Part shown: piece by piece, positions 12,976 to 25,480 of the stretch
Position numbering within the stretch: the first letter of the stretch is position 1
How the letters are laid out: each line of letters begins with the position of its first letter
Source of the DNA: Eledone cirrhosa
Lineage: Eukaryota
DNA length: 64,000 nt
Reading direction: 5' to 3'
NCBI GenBank assembly: GCA_964016885.1
Contig: OZ024743.1
Location: 177,754,001-177,818,000, forward strand
Position numbers and translations under genes: made by a program
Notes under the pieces: generated by a model
Told to the model about the DNA's origin: nothing
Databases searched by the model: none
The model's input: the letters and a program-made list of their open reading frames with translations, nothing else

Positions 12976-13859
12976 GGATTGAAAAACAGAAGTTGGTAAA
13001 GCACTCAGTAAAGGAACGACTTCGGTATAGAGTTGTTGTTGTTGTTGTTGTTGTTGTTCTTCTTCTTCTTCTTCTTCTTCTTCTTCTTCTTCTTCTTCTT
13101 CTTCTTCTTCTTCTTCTTCTTGATAGGGTCGCGGGGGTAGAGTCCTCAAACACTCCTTCCACCAGGATGTCTGAAGCAACCGTCTGTAATTGATCCGGCT
13201 GGATCCCCGAGCGAGACTAGCCACGCTCAAAATTGCTTCGTGTCTATCCCTGGGTCTCCTGTTGGCTGGTTTAGCCAATCAAGTTTATCCACCTGTTCTT
13301 TCCTTAAACAATCTAACCACATGCACACACATATTAAATTATTTATGTTCAATAGCCATCCGTGACTTATGTGTGAAGAATATAAAATTTAAAGTTGTTA
13401 TTTACATACCATCATAATGTACAAACCGCTTTGATGTACGAGGGCCACCGCCAGATTTGGCATTTGGTAATAATTATAGAACTTATATAAGTATATATAT
13501 ATATATATATATATATAGAACTTATATATATATATATATATTAATAAAGCTGACGACCGTATGTAGTTATGTAACAAACCTTTGGCCAAACGGCTGGACC
13601 AAACGGCATCAAATTTGCACCATAGATGTAACATTTTCAAAGGAAGAAAGTGAGGGTATTTTTGTCTACTAAATTTCGTTATTCTTGATCAAAGATATCT
13701 TATTGCTTATTTAAAGATCCACTTCTTTAAAATTTTCAAATGTCAACACTTCTGGTTAGCGAACGCTTAAATAAACATTTAAATATTTTGCAGTTTATAT
13801 ATAATATCGTCTTTTTTTTTATGTATAATGGATTACATTTCTGCGTATATTGTCAATCT

Positions 13860-14266
13860 CTATCTATATTAATAAAGCTGACGGCGGTATGTAAAGGGAC
13901 GAGTACATTACTGGTACTTTATTATATATAATATATATAATACGACATTCCTCTCTCTTTCTTACTCTGTATTTTTAGATAGATACATAGCTATAACGTC
14001 GCGCGTTTATAATATCTGACTGTATGTCTGCCTGTCTGCATTGACGTCGCTTCTAACCAACTTATAATTATATATTCGTGTACAGATATTTTTGCATACA
14101 CAAACGCACAATACATCGGAATACAGAACAATAAAAACAAAATATAAACAAACATTGTATTTATTTCGTTAACTACGCAGCGATTTGTTTACATTTAGTT
14201 CGACTGTACGAAAGCACAGACGGCTTATCGTCTTTTTATCCAAGCGAAGCTAGGTACGTCAGCTGT
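13860..14266 (+). mobile_element. Non-autonomous Helitron-like element, degenerate
   Basis: 5' TCTATATTAATAAAGCTGACG (related start near 13535). 3' hairpin-like CCAAGCGAAGCTAGG...CAGCTG. Internal 14071-14170 matches the reverse complement of 33645-33715 and 33828-33895. Confidence 0.5.
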
Positions 14267-14667
14267 ATATATATATCTGGATGCCGTAGAACACGCCAAT
14301 TGTGGATTTATTGAATGAAATCGATGGAGCTGGCCTTTCTCATTTTTCCTGTAGACGGCATACAGATTAGCACCACCAATCTCACTATGCCCCCTTTGAC
14401 CCTTTGACTCACGCGTGTGCTATCACATTTTAACTGAAGCCAATCACTATCAGTCATGATTGCCCCTACATGACTTGATTGGTTATTCAATTTCTATGCG
14501 TCACCCTCCCCAGAATAACACCTATATAAAGAGCAAACATGACCCTGTTCGAACAATTATAGTTACTGCCGATATATCACGCTAAAAAAAACCCGGCCTG
14601 ACCGCAAGATCCTTTTTCCAGAAGAAAAAATGTTACTAGAGCAGCAGAGTCTGAAGATGATCATGAA

Positions 14668-15283
14668 CGTTGCCTTCAGATGAGGACTCATGTAAGAGCC
14701 AATGGAGCAGGCCAGTCTCAAGAGGAGCGCCAGTCTCGCCTTCAGCAGATGAGGACTCATGTAAGAGCCAATGGAGCAGGCCAGTCTCAAGAGGAGCGCC
14801 AGTCTCGCCTTCAGCAGATGAGGACTCATGTAAGAGCCAATGGAGCAGGCCAGTCTCAAGAGGAGCGCCAGTCTCGCCTTCAGCAGATGAGGACTCATGA
14901 AAGAGCCAGTCGAGCAGGCCAGTCTCAAGAGGAGCGCGAGTCTCGCCTTCAGCAGATGAGGACTCATGAAAGAGCCAGTCGAGCAGGCCAGTCTCAAGAG
15001 GAGCGCGAGTCTCGCCTTCAGCAGATGAGGACTCATGAAAGAGCCAGTCGAGCAGGCCAGTCTCAAGAGGAGCGCGAGTCTCGCCTTCAGCAGATGAGGA
15101 CTCATGAAAGAGCCAGTCGAGCAGGCCAGTCTCAAGAGTAGCACCAGTCTCGCCTTCAGTAACTGATGACTCATGCGAGAGACATTCGATCAGCCCAGCC
15201 TCAAGAGCAGCGCCAGGCTCGCCTTCAGCAACTGAGGACTCATGCGAGAGCCATTCGATCAGCCCAGTCTCAAGAGCAGCGCT
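14668..15283 (+). repeat. 60-bp tandem array (~10 units) encoding a 20-aa repeat, like Helitron RepHel N-terminal repeats
   Basis: Unit GCCTTCAGCAGATGAGGACTCATG...GTCTC. ORF 14680..15141 reads (MRTHERASRAGQSQEERESRLQQ)n. Confidence 0.75.
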
Positions 15284-15900
15284 CACCCCAATAGCTTTCC
15301 CCCTTAGCTCCGTAGTCGGAAGATAGTGCAGGAACGTACCTTTTATTGAAAACCACACACTTGCCACTAGTATTTCATCCAGACATACATAGAAAGAAGA
15401 GATGGGCATGTTTAATGGAGGGGGAAATATAGGTCAGTGATGGTCATACTGGTGACAACGGGGAGCATGAAGACAATCAAGCAGCGTGTTGACGTATTCA
15501 GCCGAAATCACCACTATATTCCTTGCTACGTTAATTGCCAGTACATTAAACTAGTAGGCCCAGCCGGATAGCGCCTGGCGGTAGGCCTGCATCACATCTT
15601 TTAAAAAGCCCTCACAACCAGTGCGACAATAGCACTATTGTGGCAAAACTAATGGTCCAACACCACAGTTATAACTTTTACCATGGAATCGAGTGATTAT
15701 GGTCGTTGAGCATTCCAGTGGTGGTGGTGGTATTTTTCACGCGTCAGAAATGAGTCACCACAATAGCTCCCCTCCTTGATACATACTCGGAACGACAATG
15801 TGACTAGAGAGGGCGTGCGGTATCTTTGCATTGGAGTGGAGGGGCTTCCTGAAAAGATAAAATACCAGTATACATAGCCGAGCGCCAGCCGGACGTGCCA

Positions 15901-15973
<73 letters not shown>

Positions 15974-16068
15974 CGGTCGACCGAACTAGAAACTGCTAAA
16001 TGCGTGGCCGGCTTCTTGTCTCTCTCCCTTTTCAGCCCCATGGATTTTATTCCTTTGTTAAATTTCGG

Positions 16069-16125
16069 ATACCTGATGATGTCACCTGTTTATACTGAAC
16101 CCGGTCATTGAAATGTTCATAGTAT
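16069..16125 (+). ncRNA. Degenerate type I hammerhead in a ~380-bp (TA)n-flanked insert (15971-16350)
   Basis: Stem I AUAC/GUAU, CUGAUGA, imperfect stem II, GAAAUG-uu-CAUA. Confidence 0.55.
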
Positions 16126-16344
16126 AATAAACCTTTAAGGAATTACACCAGTCCAACCTCCTGTTATTTTATAATAATTAATTCCGTACTCGCACCACCA
16201 ACAACACAAACGAAGACGGGTGAGTTACAATACGTCAAGTCCTCTCTATAATATTACATCGAGGTTGTCCATACGGATTGACCAGTTCTATCCAGTGGTG
16301 AACCAACAAAGTAAAATGTATATATATATATATATGTAAATTAA

Positions 16345-16431
<87 letters not shown>

Positions 16432-17023
16432 TTATATATATTGACGAGGTTATAGGAAATGTATTCGCTATAATTCTGATTGCTCACAATTACTCGCTCA
16501 ATGACATATGGTTTAAACATATATCGATCGAACATGCCCCGTGGTTGTAACAAAATGTATATTCATAATGTGGCAGTATGTCCATGACGATATATTTGCA
16601 TGTATGCATGTTTATATATGATTATATATATATAAATTCAGCGAGAATGGCATTTCGGCGGGTAGAAAAAGCGAAACGAAACGCAAAAATCAGAAATAAT
16701 GCTGGCAAACACTCCATAGTTAAAAAACCAGAGCTAAACAATATGTTAAAACGCCATACAAAGCTGAAAAAGTGGTCAAGAAAGCATTAACCACCTAAGC
16801 CAAAAAGTAAATCAGGCTAAACAGGTCAAAACAAAATAAATGATAAAAAAACACAGACCTGGTCCCAATGGAATTAATGTTAAAATCCAAATGCAGGGTT
16901 TCTATGACACCTAAATCAAAATACTGTCTACTTAAAATTATAAGCTTTAGGTATAATGATCGAACAAGAAATATCACGTTATCAACAATATCAACAATAT
17001 ATATATATGTATGTATATATATA

Positions 17024-17927
17024 AATATGAGAATAAACGTGCTGCGGGGTTGCTAATGGGTTACATATGAATGAAGTTAGTCCTTCATCAGTGATCTTCC
17101 AACCATCATTGGTATTTCATCGCTTTAAAGACCATATACCTCCGGTTGGTGCGAGCAACGGCTAAAAAAAGTCGTTGGGACACGTAAATAAAGGGGACAC
17201 AAGTGTAAACAAACAAAAATCGTGAAGCAACGAAAAGTGAGGAAGAAGGAGTCAAGTCCCAAATTTCTATGAATTTAAATTCGGTGAAATCGTGAACGAG
17301 AGAGAATAAAGACCATCAAACCTGGTTGAAATGTGAGCAAGGAAGGAATTTCGCACAGGTCTAACGGGAGGAAGAAGGGGTCTAGTCTGTGAATTCGGTA
17401 AACATAAGTTCTGTGAAATCGTAGACGAGAGAGAGAAAAAATGCCGACCGGCCTGGCCAAGCGTGCGAAAGAAAAGAATTACGCACAGTTCAAACGGGAA
17501 GGAGGAGGAGGAGAGGTAGTAACAGAGAATGAGTGAGTGAAGGGCGAGGAAGAGGCTAACAGAGAGAGTGACTGCTAGAGAGGGTAAAGATACAGAGAAA
17601 GAAGAAGCAGTAAGAACGAAATAGACGGGTAACAGCAGAGGAAAAATATGCGTAAATATGAGAAAAACGTGCTGCGGGTTTGCTAATGGGTTACATATGA
17701 ATAAAGTTAGTCCTTCATCAGTGATCTTCCAACCATCATTGGTATTTCATCGCTTTAAAGACCATATACCTCCGGTTGATGCGAGCAACGGCTAAAAAAA
17801 GTCGTTGGGACACGTAAATAAAGGGGACACGAGTGTAAACAAACAAAAATGGTGAAGCAACGAAAAGTGAGGAAGAAGGAGTAGAGTCCCAAATTTCTAT
17901 GAATTTAAATTCGGTGAAATCGTGAAC
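17024..17927. mobile_element. Non-coding element with ~270-bp terminal direct repeats in TA context (TRIM- or tandem-pLTR-like)
   Basis: 17024-17297 is nearly identical to 17654-17927. Purine-rich interior. Flanked by TA-rich repeats. Confidence 0.65.
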
Positions 17928-18629
17928 ATATATATATATGTATGTATATATATATATATACATATATTCTATATATGTATATATATATATAATATATACA
18001 TATATAATTGTTTCTACTTTTGGCACAAGGCCAGCAATTATCCAGTACATTACTGGTACTTTATTTTAACGACCACGTATGGATGAAAGGCAAAGTTAAC
18101 CTCGGCGGGATTTGAACTCAAAGCATGTCCGACACTCTGCCGATACTGCCAATTCATGTGTGTGTGTGTCTCGGTGTGTGTTGTGTGAGTGGTTTATGTC
18201 TGTCTGTGTGTATGTGTGCCTGACCTCAAACTTACTACTAATACTATCTGAATTGTTTTCATATTTTAAACTTCACGCCTACTGCCAAAAAATATGAAAA
18301 CGTGAATTTATTTACCGTTTATCATTTATCATCCATCAAACATTTGTGTGTTTCTTTAAGTTCACCATAAAGGTTGTCATGAATTTTTATAGGAAATATA
18401 GAATATTTTATGCAATTTGTGTGTGTTTTAAATACATTTTTTTACAAAAATACCCTCCTTTGTTTTGTTTTTTGGAATCGTGACAAACATACACCAGCAT
18501 AAATTACAACTTCCCGCCAAGCTACTTTCACTGCGATCTTAGATTAATCGTCCCGGGTCAACATATAAACAATTTTTATATATCAGTCGCCTCTGAATCG
18601 GGGAGGAGTAACTCCTAGTAGTGTCTCAC

Positions 18630-18680
18630 GCAGTAGCAGTTGTAATATTAGTAGTAGTAGAAGTAGTAGTAGTGGTGGTG

Positions 18681-18711
<31 letters not shown>

Positions 18712-18734
18712 CAGTAGCAGTAGTAGTAGTAGTG

Positions 18735-18791
<57 letters not shown>

Positions 18792-18882
18792 CCAGCAGCA
18801 GCAGCAGCAGCAGCAGAAGTAGTAGTAGTAGTAGTAGTAGTAGCAGCAGCAGCAGAGAAGCAGCAGCAGCAGCAGTATCAGC

Positions 18883-18923
<41 letters not shown>

Positions 18924-18962
18924 CAGCAGCAGCAGAGCAGCAGCAGCAGCAGCAGTATCAGC

Positions 18963-18995
<33 letters not shown>

Positions 18996-19012
18996 CGCAA
19001 CAGCAGCAGCAA
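18630..19012. repeat. (AGT)n/(AGC)n compound microsatellite
   Basis: Read directly. It resumes at 19655-19800. Confidence 0.9.
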
Positions 19013-19029
19013 TAATGCAAACCAGTAAT

Positions 19030-19670
19030 GCAAAATGGACTTCGGCGACCATCATCTGCGACTGTAAATCTCTAGTTCAGGCAATCGACAACTCTGCCCC
19101 CAAAGATCCCATTATAACAGAACTCCAGGCAGCAGTTAACAACCTCGGAGAAGACAAAAACCTAACTGTTGTATGGGTCCCTGGTCATTGTAATCTACAA
19201 GGGAATGAACTAGCAGACAAACTCGCAAATCAGGGCTCCTCACTTCCACAACCTAACACCCCTGCTGACCATGCCACGAGACAAGATCTCATCAAAAGGG
19301 GGTGTAGACCAGCACCCTTCACCCACCAGGGAACTATCTAAACCTTCAGCAAACCGCCGGACGAGAGAGTCAAACATGTTATAGACAAGGTTGATCTCCC
19401 CCACCTTATCAACTTCAGAAGTGGGCACCATCCAGCACTTGGCAGGTGGCAGCTACTGACTGACAAATGTGAAGACAGCACTTGCACAGACTCTGCGGTG
19501 AAGAGGAGGAGTCTGAACACGTCTGGCTACGATACCCTGCATTGGCGATCGAGAGATACCATCACCAACTCGGCACATCCTTAGAGGAATTAGTCCGTCT
19601 CCCAGTCGCATCTCTACCGCTTCTGAGGGGGATCCTCAGGCGCCTGAGGTGAATCAACAACAACAACAAC
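19030..19670 (+). mobile_element. 3' fragment of an RNase H-containing LINE (I/Ingi/Nimb-like) with (CAA)n tail
   Basis: IICDCKSLVQAI...VVWVPGHCNLQGNELADKLA is an RNase H motif. A degenerate CxxC...H knuckle lies near 19480-19530, followed by CAACAACAA. Confidence 0.8.
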
Positions 19671-19688
19671 AGCAGCAGCAGCAGCATC

Positions 19689-19729
<41 letters not shown>

Positions 19730-21207
19730 CAGAAGCAGCAGCAGCAGCAGTAATAGCAACAGTAGTAGCCGCAACAGTAGCACTAGCAGCAGAAGTAGGA
19801 ATAGCAGTCTTAAGTTTTTCTTAAGCTGTGGTTTTCAGCAATAACTTTTAAGTGATGTATAATCGATATCAATTGTACGTAGTCAAAGTTCATAGAACCG
19901 TTGTTATCTATAACTTCTAAATCTACATAGATGTGTAACATAGCAACAGTGTCACACAAGTGACTTTAGATAGAGAGTATATTGTCCTACAGAGGTGGTG
20001 AATTGGCAGAATGGTTAGAACGTCGGATAGAATGCTTTGTGGTATTCATCCTGGCTCTCTTCTCGCTGACAAACCCCTCGAGGGGAACTCTGCCTTTCAT
20101 CAATTCGAGGTCGATAAAACAAGAGTATCAGTCTCATATTGGGGTCGATTCTTCCTCTGTGTTTATTTCTCACTTACATTCTCTCACTCTCTCTATGATT
20201 CTCTAGAATAAATCTGCTGTATTCAGACCTAGAGCGGACATGGTCTCGGCCAGACTTAAAAGGCCTAAGAAACAGAAGTTAAGGATTCATGCATTCATAC
20301 ATAAACATTCTCCAACACTTTGTTAACGTTAGCATAAGTGTAGTATAGCTGATGAGAACGAAGTTTTCATTGCAATCTTGTCCTGAGTTCGATCCCACTT
20401 TGTGACATCTTAGTCAATTATCATTTACCATAATCTCGGCTTGACTCATGCCATCTGAATTGGAAGACTGTCAATTGGAATACACTTGTTATACAAAGGG
20501 CCAGCTTTCTTACACACTGTGTCACCCTGAATTCTTCCGAACATTACGTCAGAAGTACGCGTGTCTGAAATGCTCAGCCACTTAAACATTATTTTCACGA
20601 GTAGACTCTCCCCTTGATCGTAAAATTGTAAATTAAGAACCCCAAGTTAAGAATGTGTTCGTCTACAGCATCACAAAAAATGATGATATCACTATATAGT
20701 TGTGTTTTTTTCTTTCTTTTGACCTCTAACTCTTGGTGTGGTAAGGGCACCGTAATGGCATACAAAGTTTCTAGGGCTTTTGAAACCTGGCGGAGCCCAT
20801 CACCCTCAAGATCTTTCATTTTTTATATTCATTTATCTGTTTATCTTATTCTTTGTTTCTCAACTGAACGAAGTACTAGATACTTCCCCTTCTCTGTCAT
20901 GGTTTGCTAGCTCTATGTTTTCTATGTTTGGTCTCTAGGCTTTTATTAAACTTCCATCTCCTCTCCAGGTCTGAATACATCAGATTTCTTCCAGAAAAAT
21001 ATAGAGTAAAAGAAAGAAAGTGAGAAAGAGATATACAAGAAGACTCGACTCTACTACTTAACTGGTACTTTGTTTATCGACCTCGAAAGGATGAAAGGTA
21101 AAGTTGACCTCTGCTGGATTTGAACTCGGGGTGGGCAGAGAGTCGGAACGAACACCGCAAACCATTCTTCCGATGTTCTAATGATTCTATCATTTCGCCG
21201 TATTATA

Positions 21208-21398
21208 GTGTGGATTGGTAGTATAGGTAGAGGGTCGGACACCATGCTTTGAAGCATAGAGTTACCTCCCTTTATGATCTGAGTTCAAAACCCTCCGAGG
21301 TCGACTTTGCCTTTCATCCTTACGAAGTCGATAAAATAAAGTACCAGTAATGCACTGGGTAATTTACTGGCCTTGTGCCAAAAGTAGAAACAATTATT
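21208..21398 (+). mobile_element. tRNA-derived SINE, the abundant family in this window
   Basis: GTGGATTGGCAGTATCGG head, GAGTTCAAA box B, GCCTTTCATCCTT.CGGGGTCGATAAA core, ATT tail. Other copies at about 18006-18150(-), 19990-20150, 21055-21200(-), 26336-26525, 27790-28016(-), 32455-32560, 32625-32825, 33290-33472, 39955-40145(-), 40968-41160, 41385-41535, 41555-41665, 41965-42075(-), 42805-42948, 43990-44176(-) and 44180-44396(-). Confidence 0.85.
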
Positions 21399-22744
21399 AT
21401 AATCCATTACATAATCAGAAATACAACACTTCAGCTCTTACACAACCACTTCACTAAAATGATGTTGTTTGAAACTTAACCATATACTTTTAATTCAGAA
21501 ATTAAATATAATCCAATGTTTATCGATAAACAACTTTCTGAATTTGATCCCAAATTTTAGTTGATGATTACATTAATGGCTTTTCTTGTAAGGTTTCTCA
21601 ATTCTGTAGTTAAAACAGATCACTTGGATTGGATTTATTTTACTGGGTTTCGTCTCGAATCTTTTGTTTAATCTTTGAAACTCTTACATGAAGTCAAAGT
21701 AGTTAGAGATGATTTTAATGTTCTTGATTTAACATGAAGTATCTGATTCGACTGCGTGCCACAAAGTAGAAACAATATTATGGAATATCTAATTCTATTT
21801 TATAAAGTTAACTAAAACTAATCCGAATTAAAACAGCTACTAACATAATGTATCCAATGAATTCCAGCTAAGAAAACTTTAAATAAATTCACATAGTTAT
21901 GTCTAAAAACCTTTTAGAAGAAATCATGGTGACAATTTTCAGTAAAATAAAAAGGCACGTGAAAGACATTCTAAGGAAAACTATTTCAATTGACAACTGT
22001 ATCTGAAATGGTATTTTACTGTTTGTTCTTCTCCGTTAGATTCACCCGATTAGATAATCTTTAACTTCTGAATGCAACATTTCTGGTTTAACTTCGAATA
22101 ATTGGAGTTTAGTAGAAGTACGGTACTTAAGGAATTGTCTCTTTTTCTATGGTTTCTGTTTCTAGTTGTTGGGTTGGTTTTATTCATCGTGTGACTATAT
22201 AACTGTATGTGTGTGCACGTGTCTGTGTAAGTGTGTATGTCTGACTATGTATGTGCGAGTGTGTGTGCGTATGTGGGAGTGTGAATGTGTGAGTGTGTAC
22301 GTGTGAGTGTGTACGTGATAGTGTGTATGTGTGAGTGTGTATGTGTTAATGTGTAGGTGGGAATTTGTACATTTGAGTGTGTATGTGTGAGTGAGTATGT
22401 GTGAATGTACGTGTAAGTGTGTATACGCATGCATTATTATTTAGTGTCAACATCAAATCCTGTCATTAATTGTCAAATCGCTCACACATCAAATTGTTGT
22501 TTTTTTTTATAATCAGGGATTGCAGTTTGTATCTCTATAAGAACATATACTCAATATATATACATTTTATCCAAGCATTGCTGTGGCAGTTCTGCAGCTC
22601 TTCAGATTATCTAGACTGATACGGTTGATGTTCAATAAGACTATTTATTGGAAGGTAGGAAACAACTCAAAATTTATGTTGTTCAGTGGTCTAATTGAAC
22701 TGTTTAATATAGATGCCTAGGCTAAAATAAACACCCGGGAAAAA

Positions 22745-23155
22745 TAAACATCTGTTTAGTCAGTGTCGTTGTATGGTACATGCAACCTGACCCAACATTT
22801 GAGAAGAAACTAGATTCACTAAAATGCTTCGAGTTGTACAATTTATAAACTGGCGTCAACGTGATAGAAAGGAAAGTTTATATGGAAACATACCCGAGAT
22901 AATAACTACAATTGCTCAAAGACTGTTACAGTTTGCAGAACATTGCTGGAGAAGTAAGCAGGAATTTATACTCATGTTACTATTATGGGAACCAACTCAA
23001 AGAAGACAGAGTAGAGGAAGACCTGCTCGAAGTTTCATTGATCAACTCAATACAAACCTCAATAGGGAGCAGTTGCCAGTAGGAATGGAAAATCGAAAAT
23101 TGTGAAGAGATTTTGTCAGGAATGTTAGACTGTGATTACAATGATGATGATGACT
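22745..23155 (+). mobile_element. RTE-type LINE 3' fragment with (GAT)n tail; related fragment at 26725-26905
   Basis: Translation RLLQFAEHCWRS...LLLWEPT..RQSRGRPARSFIDQL is typical of an RTE ORF C-terminus. Confidence 0.7.
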
Positions 23156-23157
23156 AC

Positions 23158-23211
<54 letters not shown>

Positions 23212-24015
23212 TTCAAGAGTAACCAATCTTAAAGAGAGAGATGGAGATGGGAGAGGAAAGATTGGTGAATTAGTTGGAAGCCAAAGCGTAAAGGCATCTG
23301 CTCAATGTGCAATATGCAGTGGGAAGCAGCTAGGTGGCTGGGTTCATGCAGAGGTTAGGTGCACAGAGCTGGAAATATTCATTAGTTAAGCAAAACAAGA
23401 CCACAAATTTCACAAGGAAGACATTATTAAAAGATTGTCAACATATTTTAGTTTGATGTAAGGAATGTAGAGAATAATAATAATAATATTAATAATAATA
23501 ATGTCCGTTTACAATAGTTTCGCTACTCCATATAATATTTCTGGATCAAATGATTATATATCATTATTGATCTGGTTCAGTTGAAAATAATTAACATAGG
23601 TAAAGATAGAGCAGCTCATCGGAACTTCAAAAGGAATATAAATTAAAATAAGGGAAGAATGTTACATAAATGTAATGTTCCATATATTGGTATTTCACTA
23701 TGGTGTCCTGGGTATATCAATTGTCTGCCCTAATCGAGCAGTATTCTTCTGTCGAGGCTGCATTGTGTGAGATCTGCCTATGGGTAACAAGATGGCCGCC
23801 AATGGACATATTTACCTTACTAATTAGAGGGTGCTTTCAGGTGAAGTAACTCCTAGAGAGATTAGAAATTGTAGGTAGTTTATAGTTAAGTGCTATTTTT
23901 TTTATGTTTTTATTGAGAGACAATGTAAGGGAGGTAACTTATAATTATCTAAGTTAGTTATAGCTAATTAACTTATTAGCTACAAGTAAAAATGGGGCTA
24001 GATGACTATGTTGGG

Positions 24016-25145
24016 TCAAATATTCTGTAAGGCGAAGGAATTAGCCCTTCGACGTTGACAGTTAATAGTTACCTCCATTTTATCGTTAATCGGTAGAGGT
24101 CGTGATAGAGTTATGTAATATGCTTCGGTAAGACAGAGGTCACAAGATTTTCTTCGTCCATTGAACGGTTGGGCCCTAGCAAGATATCCCATGTTAGTGA
24201 GTGTTCAATGTTGGTTAATTTAAGGTTTTTAATGAGCCTAGCTAGAGATGTCGAACATCTGTTGTCTCGGAAGGAAAAAGAGTGCGCGTTATTGCGTACC
24301 TTAAAAGGGTTAGAGGTTGACCCGATATACGACCTGGTATGCGAAGCAGTTTTAACCGTGCACCTATAGACTATATTGGGTGTCAGGCAATCTCCATTTA
24401 GTGGGCATGCATTAGGGTAACGGCAGTTGCAGTTACTTCTGCGGTTAGTGAGAGTAGGGTTGTTTAACCTAAGCGGTTGGCCAGTGCTAGAAGAATTAGA
24501 TGGGGGAGGTGTGCTACTAGAGTAAGTATTGGTGTAGTGGCGTGGTGTATTTGATGGGGTGGTGGCACCGCGGTGTGGGAGTTATACTGTCTTCGTTTAT
24601 GATGGTTACTGAATGCGATGTGGCTAGCTAGGTTAGGTGTTGTGGAGAATGAGATTTTAATGTTATTTTTATTAAAGAGTTTGTAATATCTATGGTTAGG
24701 GGGGGGGGTGTTCAGCTAGGATAGAGAAGAAGTGTTTAGGGATATTAGTGGCTAGATGAGATGAGAATGGGGGGGTTAAGCCAGGTGATATTTCTAGGCC
24801 TATTCCTTCTAGGGGTTCTAGTTGAGTTAGTAGGGGCCTTCATAGGGTTATTATTACCTGGGCATTTGTTATTAGTCATCCCATTGCTCATTCATATTCT
24901 AGGGTTGATTTTTAGTTTGCTACTTGGAGTGGGAGGCAGGCCACTGCCACTATTAAGATTCCCTGTATAAGTGCTGTTTCTGCTAAAATTCCGGCGAATC
25001 TGGTTATATGCTAAGGTATTTCTAGTTCTCGTGTTAAGTTTATTATGGTTGTGGTGAATTGCTGTGTTATGGCATTTAGGTATGTAGTAAATGGACTGTT
25101 CATAACGAGATTCAGAAAGAGCCTTATTATAATATGCTGCGTGGT
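24016..25145 (-). pseudogene. PLE RT thumb plus GIY-YIG, decayed (same clade as 6172-8309; absent from the ORF track)
   Basis: Manual minus-strand translation gives AAYYNKAL, ITWLNPP, NHRYYKLFNKNNIKISFSTTPNLA, CNCRYPNACPLNGDCLTPNIVYRCTV...SYIGSTSNPFKVR and SCDLCLTEAYYI. Confidence 0.85.
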
Positions 25146-25163
25146 TTATATATTCCTTTTGAA

Positions 25164-25282
25164 GTTCCGATGAGCTGCTCTATCTTTACCTATGTTAATT
25201 ATTTTCAACTGAACCAGATCAATAATGATATATAATCATTTGATCCAGAAATATTATATGGAGTAGCGAAACTATTGTAAAC
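25164..25282 (+). ncRNA. Variant hammerhead with CCGAUGA core and long stem II insertion (mirror copy ~23507-23625 on - strand)
   Basis: Stem I GUU/AAC, core CCGAUGA, stem II GCUGCUCUA/UGGAGUAGC enclosing ~75 nt, GAAAC-uauu-GUA. Confidence 0.6.
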
Positions 25283-25407
25283 GGACATTATTATTATTAA
25301 TATTATTATTATTATTCTCTACATTCCTTACATCAAACTAAAATATGTTGACAATCTTTTAATAATGTCTTCCTTGTGAAATTTGTGGTCTTGCTTTGCT
25401 TAACTAA

Positions 25408-25478
<71 letters not shown>

Positions 25479-25480
<2 letters not shown>

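Larger units (their letters stand above)
12461..13484. repeat. Right arm of the long inverted duplication (partner 4978-6171)
   Basis: See the left arm. Interrupted at its (TA)n by a different palindromic element (12656-12940). Confidence 0.85.
23209..25414 (-). mobile_element. 5'-truncated PLE with inverted 5' pLTR, in (TA)n
   Basis: Inverted repeats 23375-23640 and 25149-25414 (~266 bp, near identical) enclose a decayed minus-strand ORF. The 3' tail extends to 23209. Confidence 0.88.

Noticed and set aside
14668-15283. CRISPR-like 60-bp periodicity
   Set aside because: Whole units repeat without variable spacers.
17070-17125. Minus-strand CUGAUGA as a type II/III hammerhead
   Set aside because: No GAAA follows stem II, and the triplet before the candidate stem I is CAA, not NUH.
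20345-20375. CTGATGAGAAC...GTTTTC hammerhead-like start
   Set aside because: It lacks the GAAA and stem III, and lies in a degenerate SINE head.
21400-22190. Possible old transposase remnant
   Set aside because: AT-rich with many stops and no diagnostic motif.
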